The translations under genes and the position numbers were made by a program. A DNA stretch of 47,533 bases from an uncultured Clostridium sp. (lineage in GTDB: Bacteria > Bacillota_I > Bacilli_A > RF39 > UBA660): positions 1 to 47,533 of the forward strand of contig CAYYXX010000002.1 of the NCBI GenBank assembly GCA_964475905.1, written 5' to 3'. The notes below the pieces were generated by a model that ran no database searches, was not told the origin of the DNA, and saw nothing but the letters and a program-made list of their open reading frames with translations. Below, one piece after another: positions 36,881 to 45,523 of the stretch (position 1 is the first letter of the stretch; each line of letters opens with the position of its first letter).

Positions 36881-36951
36881 ATTGCATCATTCTCCTTTCA
36901 TTTGCACCATTATATCATAAAATGATGCAATTAACAATGCATTTGATGCAA
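36880..36951. promoter_or_regulatory. Operator-like array of four TTGCAYCA motifs in the fic promoter / 5' region
   Basis: TTGCATCA at 36882-36889 and TTGCACCA at 36902-36909 on the + strand. TGATGCAA at 36923-36930 and 36944-36951 (reverse complement). These include a perfect 12-bp inverted repeat, AATTGCATCATT (36880-36891) and AATGATGCAATT (36921-36932). Confidence 0.5.
36909..36937 (-). promoter_or_regulatory. Sigma-A-type promoter of fic
   Basis: On the - strand: TTGTTA, 17-nt spacer, TATAAT. The spacer contains one arm of the 12-bp inverted repeat. Confidence 0.45.
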
Positions 36952-37006
36952 ATAAATTTATATTATTAATATGCGTAATATTATAGTTTTTATTAAATGT
37001 TTCTTG

Positions 37007-37043
37007 TATTTTGAAATATGTAAAAAAGAAAAGATTTTATTTA
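37007..37043. repeat. Direct repeat copy R2 flanking the fic cassette
   Basis: See R1. This copy includes the last codon and the stop codon of the amidotransferase gene (37037-37039). Confidence 0.85.
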
Positions 37044-37666
37044 TTTTTTCTTTTCTGTATTTCTTTAAAAAAATAATTGTATAGTTTTTCGGTGTTATTT
37101 AGATCTTCAGGATGAAATTGTACTCCAAGTATAAAATGGTTATTATCTATATATTCGATGGCTTCTATTACATTGTCTTCTGATAGTGCTGATACTATGA
37201 ATGGTTTATTTACTTTGTCTAGGGCTTCATTGTGTCTTGTGTTGACTATTATTTTTGATCCGAATATTTTATGTAGGGTAGTGTTTGGAATGATTGTTAT
37301 TGGGTGTTTTGCTTCTTTGTTATTATGGTTTGTTACTTTAATTAGGTTTTTGTCGTTTGTGGTGTGCTGACTATATAATCCTATTATTTGATGTCCCATA
37401 CATATTCCTAATACGGGTTTATTATTTTTTATGGCATAATCTAGTATTTGAAAGTGGTATTTATAAATTTCTGTTCCTCCTTGGAATATTATGGCATCAC
37501 ATAATTCTAGTACTTTGGTGTTTATTAGTTTGTTATCATAGTTTAGTATACCTATAATGTTACATTTGTTATATAGATATTTTAGGTTGTTTTTGGTTAT
37601 TATTTGCATAGTTTGATTATTTATTTTTTCATCTCTAGCTATAATACCTATAGTTATATTTTTCAT
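37037..37666 (-). CDS. Class I glutamine amidotransferase-like / peptidase C26 (gamma-glutamyl hydrolase family)
   Basis: Nucleophile elbow GICMGHQ and the His/Glu region LGVQFHPE. Confidence 0.8.
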   Translation of the reverse strand: MKNITIGIIARDEKINNQTMQIITKNNLKYLYNKCNIIGILNYDNKLINTKVLELCDAIIFQGGTEIYKYHFQILDYAIKNNKPVLGICMGHQIIGLYSQHTTNDKNLIKVTNHNNKEAKHPITIIPNTTLHKIFGSKIIVNTRHNEALDKVNKPFIVSALSEDNVIEAIEYIDNNHFILGVQFHPEDLNNTEKLYNYFFKEIQKRKNK

Positions 37667-37908
37667 TTATCTATTAATTTGTCTATGTTTTGTGGTACTT
37701 TATCATTTAGTATTGTTTCTATTATTTTCTTTTCTTTTTCTTTGGATACTTCTCTTCCTGTCATTTTAGCTAGATCATTTATTACTTCTTTTAGGGTTGT
37801 TTCATCTTTCATATTACCTTTTTGTAGTTTATCCGCTAGTGAAAGTATGGTTTCTTTGTTTACATTTGTTTTCTTTTCTATTTTTTTAAAAAAGTTATCT
37901 GAAAACAT
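37663..37908 (-). CDS. Stage VI sporulation protein F-like (SpoVIF/YjcC family)
   Basis: 81 aa. ...DNFFKKIEKKTNVNKETILSLADKLQKGNMKDETTLKEVINDLAKMTGREVSKEKEKKIIETI... parallels my recollection of B. subtilis SpoVIF. It overlaps the downstream gene start by 4 nt. Confidence 0.6.
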   Translation of the reverse strand: MFSDNFFKKIEKKTNVNKETILSLADKLQKGNMKDETTLKEVINDLAKMTGREVSKEKEKKIIETILNDKVPQNIDKLIDK

Positions 37909-37960
37909 AAAAGACCTCCTAATACAATATATGTTTGAAAGTCTTTTTGGTTTATGGTTT

Positions 37961-39271
37961 TTAATTATTTTTATTTTTATATTCTAATTTTATTGGTGTT
38001 CCATCAAAATCAAAGTTTTCTCTTAGTTTGTTTTCTAGGTATCTTTCATAAGAAAAGTGTATTAATTTATTACTATTTACAAATAGTGTAAATTTAGGTG
38101 GTACTATTCCTGTTTGCTGAGCAAAGGTTATTTTTAATCTTTTTCCTTTGTATGATGGTGGTGCTTTCATCATGACGGCATCTCTTATTACTTCGTTTAA
38201 TATATTTGTTTTTATTTCTCTATGGGAGTTTTCATATGCTTTATCTATTTCAGGCATGATTGTGAATATTCTTTTTTTTGTTAATGCTGATACGAATGTT
38301 ATTTTGGCATATGATAGGAATTTGAATTCGGCTCTTATTAGTTTGGTAAAGGATGCTATGTCATTTTTGTCATTTACTGTATCCCATTTATTTACAACTA
38401 TAATTATTGGTTTTCCGGCTTCTATAGCATAGCTGGCTATATGTTTATCGTGTTCTATTATTCCTTCTTCGGCATTTATTACTAGAAGACATACATCACT
38501 TCTTTCAATGGCTTTCATTGATCTTAGTACGGAATATTTTTCTATTTTTTCTAATATTTTTCCACTTTTTCTGATACCTGCGGTATCTATGGCTACATAT
38601 TTTTTCTTATTATAGGTAAATTCTGTGTCTATAGCGTCTCTTGTTGTTCCTGCTAGTGGGGATACTATTATTTTTTCTTCGTTTAGTAGGGCATTTACTA
38701 GGCTGCTTTTTCCTACATTTGGTCTTCCTAGTAGGCAAAATTTTATGCGGTCATCTTTTTCTTCTTCTTCATTTATTTCTTTGAAATCTTTTGTTATACT
38801 ATCTAGTAGATCTGTTAGTCCTAGTGAATGTTCTCCACTTACTGGTAGTATTTCTTCAAAACCTAGTTCGTAGTAGGCATAGATATTTTCTTCTCTTTTT
38901 ATGTTGTCTAATTTATTTACTACTACTATTATTCTTTTACCTGATTTCATTAGGATATCTCTTATTAAATAATCATTTTGATTTAGTTCTTCTAGTCCGT
39001 CTACGACAAATAAAATTATTTCTGCTTCTTCTATAGCTATGTTTGCTTGCATGATTATTTCATTATTAAATATTTCTTTGGATATGTCTATTCCTCCAGT
39101 ATCTATTAAATGAAATTTATGGTTATTGTATGTTACGGTTTCGTATATTCTATCTCTTGTTACTCCCGGTGTGTCTTCTATTATTGATATTTTTTTGCCG
39201 ACTAGTTTGTTGAATATTGTTGATTTTCCTACATTTGGTCTTCCAACTATGGCTACTGATGGTATTTTCAT
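37961..39271 (-). CDS. der: Ribosome biogenesis GTPase Der (EngA)
   Basis: Two tandem G domains (GRPNVGKST and GRPNVGKSS) plus a KH-like C-terminus. Confidence 0.95.
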   Translation of the reverse strand: MKIPSVAIVGRPNVGKSTIFNKLVGKKISIIEDTPGVTRDRIYETVTYNNHKFHLIDTGGIDISKEIFNNEIIMQANIAIEEAEIILFVVDGLEELNQNDYLIRDILMKSGKRIIVVVNKLDNIKREENIYAYYELGFEEILPVSGEHSLGLTDLLDSITKDFKEINEEEEKDDRIKFCLLGRPNVGKSSLVNALLNEEKIIVSPLAGTTRDAIDTEFTYNKKKYVAIDTAGIRKSGKILEKIEKYSVLRSMKAIERSDVCLLVINAEEGIIEHDKHIASYAIEAGKPIIIVVNKWDTVNDKNDIASFTKLIRAEFKFLSYAKITFVSALTKKRIFTIMPEIDKAYENSHREIKTNILNEVIRDAVMMKAPPSYKGKRLKITFAQQTGIVPPKFTLFVNSNKLIHFSYERYLENKLRENFDFDGTPIKLEYKNKNN

Positions 39272-39336
39272 ATTATTTCATTCCTTTCTATTATTTCCTC
39301 TTCGTTTAGTATTATATCAAAAAATAAAAGAAAATA

Positions 39337-39798
39337 CTATAGTTTTATTTTTAGTCCATTATTTATTATTTGATATGAATCTTCGTATACTATTTCTGCT
39401 TTTTCTAATATTTTTAGGTATTCTTTTTTATTTATATGGTTGTTTAATTGTAAATAAAAATTATTTTTATAGTAGTATATTTTGCTTTTATTTTTATTTG
39501 TTATGTTAAAATAATCTATTTTGTATAGTATTGGGGTGTTGGTGTGAATGGTTATTTTGATTTCTATTTCATTTGTTGGGTAGTGGTATTTTTGGGGATT
39601 TTTAATTTCTAGTATTGTTCCGTAATTGATATCTTGATATATTTCTATTATTGTTAGTCCTGATAGTTTGTATTTTTTATGTATTTTTTTTATTATTTCT
39701 TTTGTTATATTTTGTATTTCTCTACTATTATAGATGTTTATTATTTTGTCTGGTAGTTTTATTTGATAAGTATCTTTATTTGTTTTGGTTATTATCAT
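39337..39798 (-). CDS. Hypothetical protein, possibly a short MecA-like adaptor
   Basis: 153 aa. The C-terminal pattern IYYYKNNFYLQLNNHINKKEYLKILEKAEIVYEDSYQIINNGLKI resembles the MecA C-terminal domain (LYSFENRYYLYVDF...LEEYGKLI). The similarity is weak and judged by eye only. Confidence 0.35.
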   Translation of the reverse strand: MIITKTNKDTYQIKLPDKIINIYNSREIQNITKEIIKKIHKKYKLSGLTIIEIYQDINYGTILEIKNPQKYHYPTNEIEIKITIHTNTPILYKIDYFNITNKNKSKIYYYKNNFYLQLNNHINKKEYLKILEKAEIVYEDSYQIINNGLKIKL

Positions 39799-39847
39799 AT
39801 TTCACTTCCATAATAATTTATGTAATAAAATGAAAAATGAAACATCA

Positions 39848-40429
39848 TTATAGATATTTCTCTATTTCATTGTATATGTCATTTTTTCCGGTTTTTGTTA
39901 CACTAGAGAATAGTATAATGTCATTTTCATTTTTTAGGTTTAATTCTTTTATAATAGTTTTTTTGTTTTTTAAATAGTTATTTTTTGGTACTTTATCTAT
40001 TTTGGTACATACTATTGTAACGGGTATGTTATAGTATTTTAGATAGTTGTACATTAGGATATCGTCTTCTGTTGGTTTGTGTCTAAAATCTATTAGGAGA
40101 AAGACCATTTGTAGGTTTGCTCTTGATTTTAAATAGTTTTCTATTATTAATCCAAATTTTTTCTTTAGTGAATGTCTTACTTTGGCAAATCCATATCCTG
40201 GGGCATCTACTAGATAAAATTCGTCGTTTATTTTATAAAAGTTTAGCGTTTGTGTTTTTCCCGGAGTAGCAGATGTTCTAGCGTAGTTTTTTCTATTAAT
40301 GATTGAATTAATAAAACTACTTTTACCAACATTACTTCTGCCTATTAGTAGGAATTCTTTTTTGTTATCTGTTGGATATTGACTTTCTCTTACTGCTGAT
40401 ATTATTAATTCTATGGTATTTATTTTCAT
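39848..40429 (-). CDS. engB: Ribosome biogenesis GTP-binding protein YsxC/EngB
   Basis: GRSNVGKSSFINSIINRKNYARTSATPGKTQTLNFY. The start is taken at Met4 (ATG 40429) after GGTGAG. Confidence 0.9.
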   Translation of the reverse strand: MKINTIELIISAVRESQYPTDNKKEFLLIGRSNVGKSSFINSIINRKNYARTSATPGKTQTLNFYKINDEFYLVDAPGYGFAKVRHSLKKKFGLIIENYLKSRANLQMVFLLIDFRHKPTEDDILMYNYLKYYNIPVTIVCTKIDKVPKNNYLKNKKTIIKELNLKNENDIILFSSVTKTGKNDIYNEIEKYL

Positions 40430-40508
40430 TTTTCTCACCGAGATAATTTTATCATATTATATTGGAAAATGCAAATTATGGTGGATTTTGATAGTAAAAA
40501 TGGGGATA

Positions 40509-41189
40509 TTAACGCTCTCTATCTGATAACATTAGGATGTATCTTAGTATTTCAGTTAGTGTTGTTAGGAGGGCTGCTACATAGGTAAAGGCGGCGGCTG
40601 ATAACATTTTTTTGGCATCTGGTAGTTCTTCAGCGTCTAGTAGTTTTAATTCTTTTATTTGTTTTAGGGCTCTACTTGAAGCGTTAAATTCTATAGGTAA
40701 TGTTATTAGTTGAAAGGCTAATATTACTAAGATTAGTAGTATGCCTATTTTTAGTAAGCGGTTTGAGAATATAATACCTATAATTATTGTTATATAACTT
40801 AGACGGGTACATAGGTTTACAATTGGTATTATTTTGTTTCTTATTTTTAATGGTTTATACTTATTTTTATCTTGGATAACGTGGCCACACTCGTGGGCTG
40901 CTACGGCTACTGAGGCAATGCTTGAACCGTGATAGATATCTGTTGATAGTTTTATTACTTTTTTACTTGGATCGTAATGATCAGTTAGGTTTCCTTTGGT
41001 TTCTAATATCATGATATTTTTTAGTTTATTATTGTCTAGTATTTTTCTGGCGGTATCATAACCGGTTAAATCTTTGTTATTTAATTTCTTTTTATGTTTG
41101 CTATATGAAGTTGATACTATTATTTGTGATGTTATGGTTAGAAGAAATCCTAGCCATATTAGTGAATTGTTTAATATTATGTTATTCAT
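40509..41189 (-). CDS. Zinc metallopeptidase, YugP family (Zn_peptidase_2)
   Basis: HECGHVIQD zinc motif, an N-terminal TM helix and C-terminal TM helices. Confidence 0.8.
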   Translation of the reverse strand: MNNIILNNSLIWLGFLLTITSQIIVSTSYSKHKKKLNNKDLTGYDTARKILDNNKLKNIMILETKGNLTDHYDPSKKVIKLSTDIYHGSSIASVAVAAHECGHVIQDKNKYKPLKIRNKIIPIVNLCTRLSYITIIIGIIFSNRLLKIGILLILVILAFQLITLPIEFNASSRALKQIKELKLLDAEELPDAKKMLSAAAFTYVAALLTTLTEILRYILMLSDRER

Positions 41190-41242
41190 TTTTTTCCTCC
41201 TATTAGTATTATAAATTTTAAATATGGTAAAATTATGTGATT

Positions 41243-41917
41243 TTAGAATATATTAAATGGATATTTATTTGGTATGTCTATTTCGAATGTTAATTTTTCT
41301 TTTGTTGTTGGATGCGTAAATGTTATTGCTTTAGCAAATAGGGCTATATTTATGTTTTCTTTGTTTTTTCCGTATTTTGAGTCTCCTAGTAGGGGATGGT
41401 TTCTGCTGGAAAATTGAACTCTTATTTGGTGTGATCTTCCGGTTATTAGGTTTATTTCTACTAGTGATAAGTTGTTTTTTTCTTTTAGTACTTTGTATTC
41501 TAATTTTGAATATTTTCCTTTTTCTTTTGTTGTAGTACTACTTATATTTGTTTCTTTATTTTTTATTAGGTAGTCTTCTAGGATACCTTTTTTGGGTAGT
41601 GTACCTTTTACAACTGCTAGATAGGTTTTACAAAAAGAGTGGTCTTGGATTTGTTTACTTAGACGAGCGGATGCTTTTGATGTTTTAGCAAATACCATAA
41701 TTCCTCCTACTGGTCTATCTAGTCTATGGACTAATCCTATATAGGCATCTTTGGGTTTATTTTCTTTTTTTATACGATATTCTTTTAGTATTTTTATCAT
41801 GTCTATATCTTTACTTTTATCTTCTTGAACTGGTATGTTAACTGGCTTTTCTACTACTAGAAGATGATTATCTTCATATATTATATTAATTTTTGGTAAC
41901 TCTTCCATATATTCCAC
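41243..41917 (-). CDS. RluA-family pseudouridine synthase
   Basis: Catalytic motif HRLDRPVGG, plus ...GRSHQIRVQF.... The start is either GTG 41917 or ATG 41908. Confidence 0.85.
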   Translation of the reverse strand: MEYMEELPKINIIYEDNHLLVVEKPVNIPVQEDKSKDIDMIKILKEYRIKKENKPKDAYIGLVHRLDRPVGGIMVFAKTSKASARLSKQIQDHSFCKTYLAVVKGTLPKKGILEDYLIKNKETNISSTTTKEKGKYSKLEYKVLKEKNNLSLVEINLITGRSHQIRVQFSSRNHPLLGDSKYGKNKENINIALFAKAITFTHPTTKEKLTFEIDIPNKYPFNIF

Positions 41918-42752
41918 ATGGTAATATTAGGTTATCTTCGGTTATTGGTAGACAGTTTTCACCAGTTTCTATTTTACAATTTGGAAATTTTTGTTTTAAG
42001 ATATTTTCAAGTGATATATGACTTATTCCTGTTGTGTAACAACTTATTAGTAGAAATGAGAAGTCTTCTGCTAATACTTTTTTTACTTTATCTAGAAGTT
42101 GGGGAAAGTCATTTTCGAATTTCCATACTTCTTTATTTGGGCCTCTTCCATAACTTGGTGGATCCATGATTATGGCTTCGTATTTTCTTTCTCTTCTTTC
42201 TTCTCTTTCTAAAAATTTTATGGCATCTTCGGTTATGAAACGGATTTTTTGATCTTCTAAGTGGCAAAGCTTCATGTTTTCTTTTGCCCATTCGTTTATT
42301 CCTTTTGAGGCATCTACATGCACTACTTCTGTTACTTTTTGGGCTGCTGCGGTCATGGTTGCACATCCTGTGTAGGCAAATAGATTTAATACTTTTATTT
42401 CGTTATGTGTTTCTTTGTATTCTTGAATTTTTTCTTCTATGTAATCCCAGTTTGTGGCTTGCTCTGGGAAGATACCTGTATGTTTGAAGTTAGTAGGGGA
42501 TACTTTGAATGTTAAATTGTTGTAGTTTATGGTCCAATATTCTGGTATTTTTTTGTTGTATTCCCAAAATCCGCCTCCTTTTGTATTTCTGTGATAGTGG
42601 GCATCAAAGTCTTTCCATTTTTCTTTTTTACTCCATATTATTTGGGGATCGGGTCTTATTAAAATAATGTTTTTCCATCTTTCTAGTTTTTCTCCATTTC
42701 CTGTTTTAATACATTCGTAATCTTTCCATTTATTACTTATATTCATTTTCAC
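41886..42752 (-). CDS. Class I SAM-dependent (rRNA) methyltransferase, RlmI/RlmK-like catalytic domain
   Basis: LNLFAYTGCATMTAA (SAM-binding site) and IIMDPPSYGRGP (DPPxF/Y motif). Confidence 0.75.
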   Translation of the reverse strand: MKMNISNKWKDYECIKTGNGEKLERWKNIILIRPDPQIIWSKKEKWKDFDAHYHRNTKGGGFWEYNKKIPEYWTINYNNLTFKVSPTNFKHTGIFPEQATNWDYIEEKIQEYKETHNEIKVLNLFAYTGCATMTAAAQKVTEVVHVDASKGINEWAKENMKLCHLEDQKIRFITEDAIKFLEREERRERKYEAIIMDPPSYGRGPNKEVWKFENDFPQLLDKVKKVLAEDFSFLLISCYTTGISHISLENILKQKFPNCKIETGENCLPITEDNLILPCGIYGRVTKN

Positions 42753-42799
42753 ACCTCTAGTTAATTATATCACTTTATTTTATAATAGACTAGGTTTTT

Positions 42800-43153
42800 T
42801 TAGTTTTCTATTATTAGATTACTATTGCCTATTGGTAGGTAGAAGAATGAACCTATTAATATTAGAAAGGTAGCAATTAGTAGATATTTTTCATCTTGGT
42901 TATTATTTATATCTTTATTTTTATAATTATTATAGGCGTTTAGAAAAAAGTATATGGCTATTATGATATTTAGTCTTCTGTTATAGTAGTATATTTTATT
43001 GGCTTTTTCATTTGATATACTTGGTATATTTAATAGGCTTTTCTTTTTTTCTGTTATGATATAAAAGGATATTAGGGATTTTATTATTACTAAAAAGAAG
43101 AATATGATATCTATATTTACTTCTTTTAGAAGTTCTTTTTTATTGTTATTCAT
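42800..43153 (-). CDS. Small membrane protein, unknown function
   Basis: 117 aa with three predicted hydrophobic helices. It is co-oriented directly downstream of the XRE regulator gene. Confidence 0.45.
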   Translation of the reverse strand: MNNNKKELLKEVNIDIIFFFLVIIKSLISFYIITEKKKSLLNIPSISNEKANKIYYYNRRLNIIIAIYFFLNAYNNYKNKDINNNQDEKYLLIATFLILIGSFFYLPIGNSNLIIEN

Positions 43154-43184
43154 ATTTAATTATATAAAAAGAATGATAAAAATA

Positions 43185-43523
43185 TCATTCAGTTTCAGTA
43201 TTTATTTTTACATATTCTTCACGCATTACTGTAATTATTCTTACAATGAAGTCTAAATCTTTATCATGTAAGTATTTACAGTTTTCATTGATGTATTTCA
43301 TTTTGTCTATACCTTGTTGTTCGTCATTTTTGATGTCTAATAGAGAGTTTAAATCAATTCCAAATATTTGTGCTATCTTTTTTAGTATACTGGCAGTTGG
43401 TTCTGATTTTTCAGTCTCTACTCTCGATAAGTAGTTTCTATTTACTTTTAGCATTACAGCTAATTCTTCTTGTGAAATTCCTTTGCTTTTTCTTAAATAT
43501 TTTATTTTTTCTCCTAACTTCAT
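43185..43523 (-). CDS. XRE-family helix-turn-helix transcriptional regulator
   Basis: MKLGEKIKYLRKSKGISQEELAVMLKVNRNYLSRVETEKSEPTASILKKIAQIFG is a canonical HTH_3 domain. Confidence 0.8.
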   Translation of the reverse strand: MKLGEKIKYLRKSKGISQEELAVMLKVNRNYLSRVETEKSEPTASILKKIAQIFGIDLNSLLDIKNDEQQGIDKMKYINENCKYLHDKDLDFIVRIITVMREEYVKINTETE

Positions 43524-43581
43524 ATATTGTACCTCCGAGATTATTTTTATTATAATAAATTATTTTGTATTTGTATTGCTA

Positions 43582-43619
43582 TGGTAATATTATTACCAGA
43601 AATGAGATAATTATTATCT
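43582..43619. promoter_or_regulatory. Two adjacent palindromes (candidate operators) between the XRE gene and gatC
   Basis: TGGTAAT-att-ATTACCA (43582-43598) and AGATAAT-t-ATTATCT (43605-43619). Both share a TAAT...ATTA core. Confidence 0.4.
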
Positions 43620-43673
43620 AAATTTTACTTTTTTTGTGTAAAATATTTTTACTTGGATAATGTTAATTATTAC

Positions 43674-43702
43674 TTGTTTTTTATTTGTAAAATTGCTATA
43701 AT
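43674..43702 (+). promoter_or_regulatory. Sigma-A promoter of gatCAB
   Basis: TTGTTT, 17-nt spacer, TATAAT, with an extended -10 TGc. Confidence 0.45.
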
Positions 43703-43781
43703 ATTTATGGTTTTGTAGTTTGGACTATATTTAATTATAAATGATTTTTGTTAAAAAATTTATATTTTATGGAGGGATTTT

Positions 43782-44078
43782 ATGATAGAAAAGGATGAAT
43801 TGCAGTTATTAGCTAGAAGTCTTATGTTTGATATGAATGATAATGAGTATGAAATTTTGGAAAAAGAGTTTGATGTTATTCTTAAACAGATGGATTTGAT
43901 TGGGAATATTGATGATATTGAGAAAATTAGTCCAATGACTTTTCCTTTTGATTTAGAACTTGATGATAGTTATTTAAGGGATGATGTTTATAATAATGAG
44001 ATTACTTTTGATGATATGGTAATTAATGTTAAGGATTATGAAGATGATAGAGTAAAAGTACCTAAGGTGGTGGAATAA
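43782..44078 (+). CDS. gatC: Asp/Glu-tRNA(Asn/Gln) amidotransferase subunit C
   Basis: 98 aa, directly upstream of gatA with overlapping stop and start codons. GGAGGG SD. Confidence 0.85.
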   Translation: MIEKDELQLLARSLMFDMNDNEYEILEKEFDVILKQMDLIGNIDDIEKISPMTFPFDLELDDSYLRDDVYNNEITFDDMVINVKDYEDDRVKVPKVVE

Positions 44079-45523
44079 TGACTAATAAGCTTATTGATGA
44101 TATTAGATATGAATTGGATAATGGTAATGTTACTAGTGATATGTTATTTGAGGAAGCTGTTACTAAGGCTAAGAAATATCAGAATGAATATAATTGTTTT
44201 GTTACTATTATGAATGAAAAGGAAGAAGACGATGGTGATAGTATAATTAAGGGGATTTGTTATGCTTTGAAGGATAATATTTCTACTAAAGGGATTCTTA
44301 CTACGGGTTCTTCTAATATATTGAAAGATTATGTTCCTTTATATTCTGCTACTGCATATGAGAAACTTAAGGCAGCAGGGGCTGTTCTTATGGGGAAGAC
44401 TGTTCTTGATGAGCTTGCTATGGGAGGAACTGGAACTACTGGGCATACTGGGGTTGTTCGGAATCCTTGGGATAAAAATAGAATGATTGGTGGTAGTTCG
44501 GCTGGTAGTGCTGGTAGTGTTGCTCTTGGAATTGTTCCTTTTGCTATTGGTTCGGATACTGGGGATTCTATTAGGAAGCCTGCTGGATATGGTGGTGTTG
44601 TTGGTTATAAGCCTACTTATGGTAGAATATCTAGATATGGACTATTTGCTTTTGCTTCTAGTTTGGATCATATTGGGGTGTTTGCTAGGAGTGTAAGGGA
44701 TGCTTGTTATGTTGTGGATGTTTTAAAGGGACATGATGATAGGGATATGACTAGTTTACCTGATGATGATAGTTGTTATGTTGATAGTCTTGATAATGAT
44801 ATTAGTAATAGGAAGTTATTTTATATTAATGAGATTATGGATATTGCTAGTGATAATGATGATTTTAATGGGATTATGAATAATTTTAATGAGGTTATTT
44901 CTAAGTGTAGATCTTTGGGGTTTGATGTTCAGGGTGTTTCTTTTGGAAAAGAATTACTTGAAGCTATATATCCTGTTTATAATGTTATTTCTTGTGCAGA
45001 GGCTACTAGTAATAATTCTAATTTAACGGGAATTCCTTTTGGTAGTAGAGTAGATGGTGTTGATGTAAATGATATTATGTTGAAAACTAGGACTAGTGGG
45101 TTTTCAGAACTTATTAAGAGAAGATTTGTTATTGGTAGTTATGTTCTTAAGAAAGAGAATCAGGAAAAGTTGTTTTTGAATGCTTGTAGGGCTAGAAGAC
45201 TTATTGTTAATAGAATGAATGAGTTGTTTGAGATGTATGATGGGCTTATTATGCCCACTACTGGGGATGTTGCTCCTTTGTTTGATGAGGTGTGTGATAA
45301 TTTTGATAAGTTATCTGATGAGTATTTGATTCTTGGTAATCATCTTATTCTTGGTAATTTTGGTGGTTTTCCTAGTATTTCTATTCCTAGTGGTTTTGTT
45401 AATAGTATGCCTGTTAGTGTTAATATAACTGGTAGAGTAAAGGAAGATTCTTTAGTACTTAATATGGCTAATAAAATAGAGAGTGTTTTGGGATGTAAAG
45501 GAATGGTGGCTAAAGATGAGTAA
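44078..45523 (+). CDS. gatA: Asp/Glu-tRNA(Asn/Gln) amidotransferase subunit A
   Basis: Amidase signature GGSSAGSAGSVALG...GSDTGDSIRKPA. Confidence 0.95.
   Translation: MTNKLIDDIRYELDNGNVTSDMLFEEAVTKAKKYQNEYNCFVTIMNEKEEDDGDSIIKGICYALKDNISTKGILTTGSSNILKDYVPLYSATAYEKLKAAGAVLMGKTVLDELAMGGTGTTGHTGVVRNPWDKNRMIGGSSAGSAGSVALGIVPFAIGSDTGDSIRKPAGYGGVVGYKPTYGRISRYGLFAFASSLDHIGVFARSVRDACYVVDVLKGHDDRDMTSLPDDDSCYVDSLDNDISNRKLFYINEIMDIASDNDDFNGIMNNFNEVISKCRSLGFDVQGVSFGKELLEAIYPVYNVISCAEATSNNSNLTGIPFGSRVDGVDVNDIMLKTRTSGFSELIKRRFVIGSYVLKKENQEKLFLNACRARRLIVNRMNELFEMYDGLIMPTTGDVAPLFDEVCDNFDKLSDEYLILGNHLILGNFGGFPSISIPSGFVNSMPVSVNITGRVKEDSLVLNMANKIESVLGCKGMVAKDE

Noticed and set aside
36971-37084. 37-codon + strand ORF (MRNIIVFIKCFLYFEICKKEK...) in the gap between the fic promoter and repeat R2.
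   Set aside because: It has no SD, a hydrophobic junk-like sequence, and it runs into the amidotransferase gene on the opposite strand.
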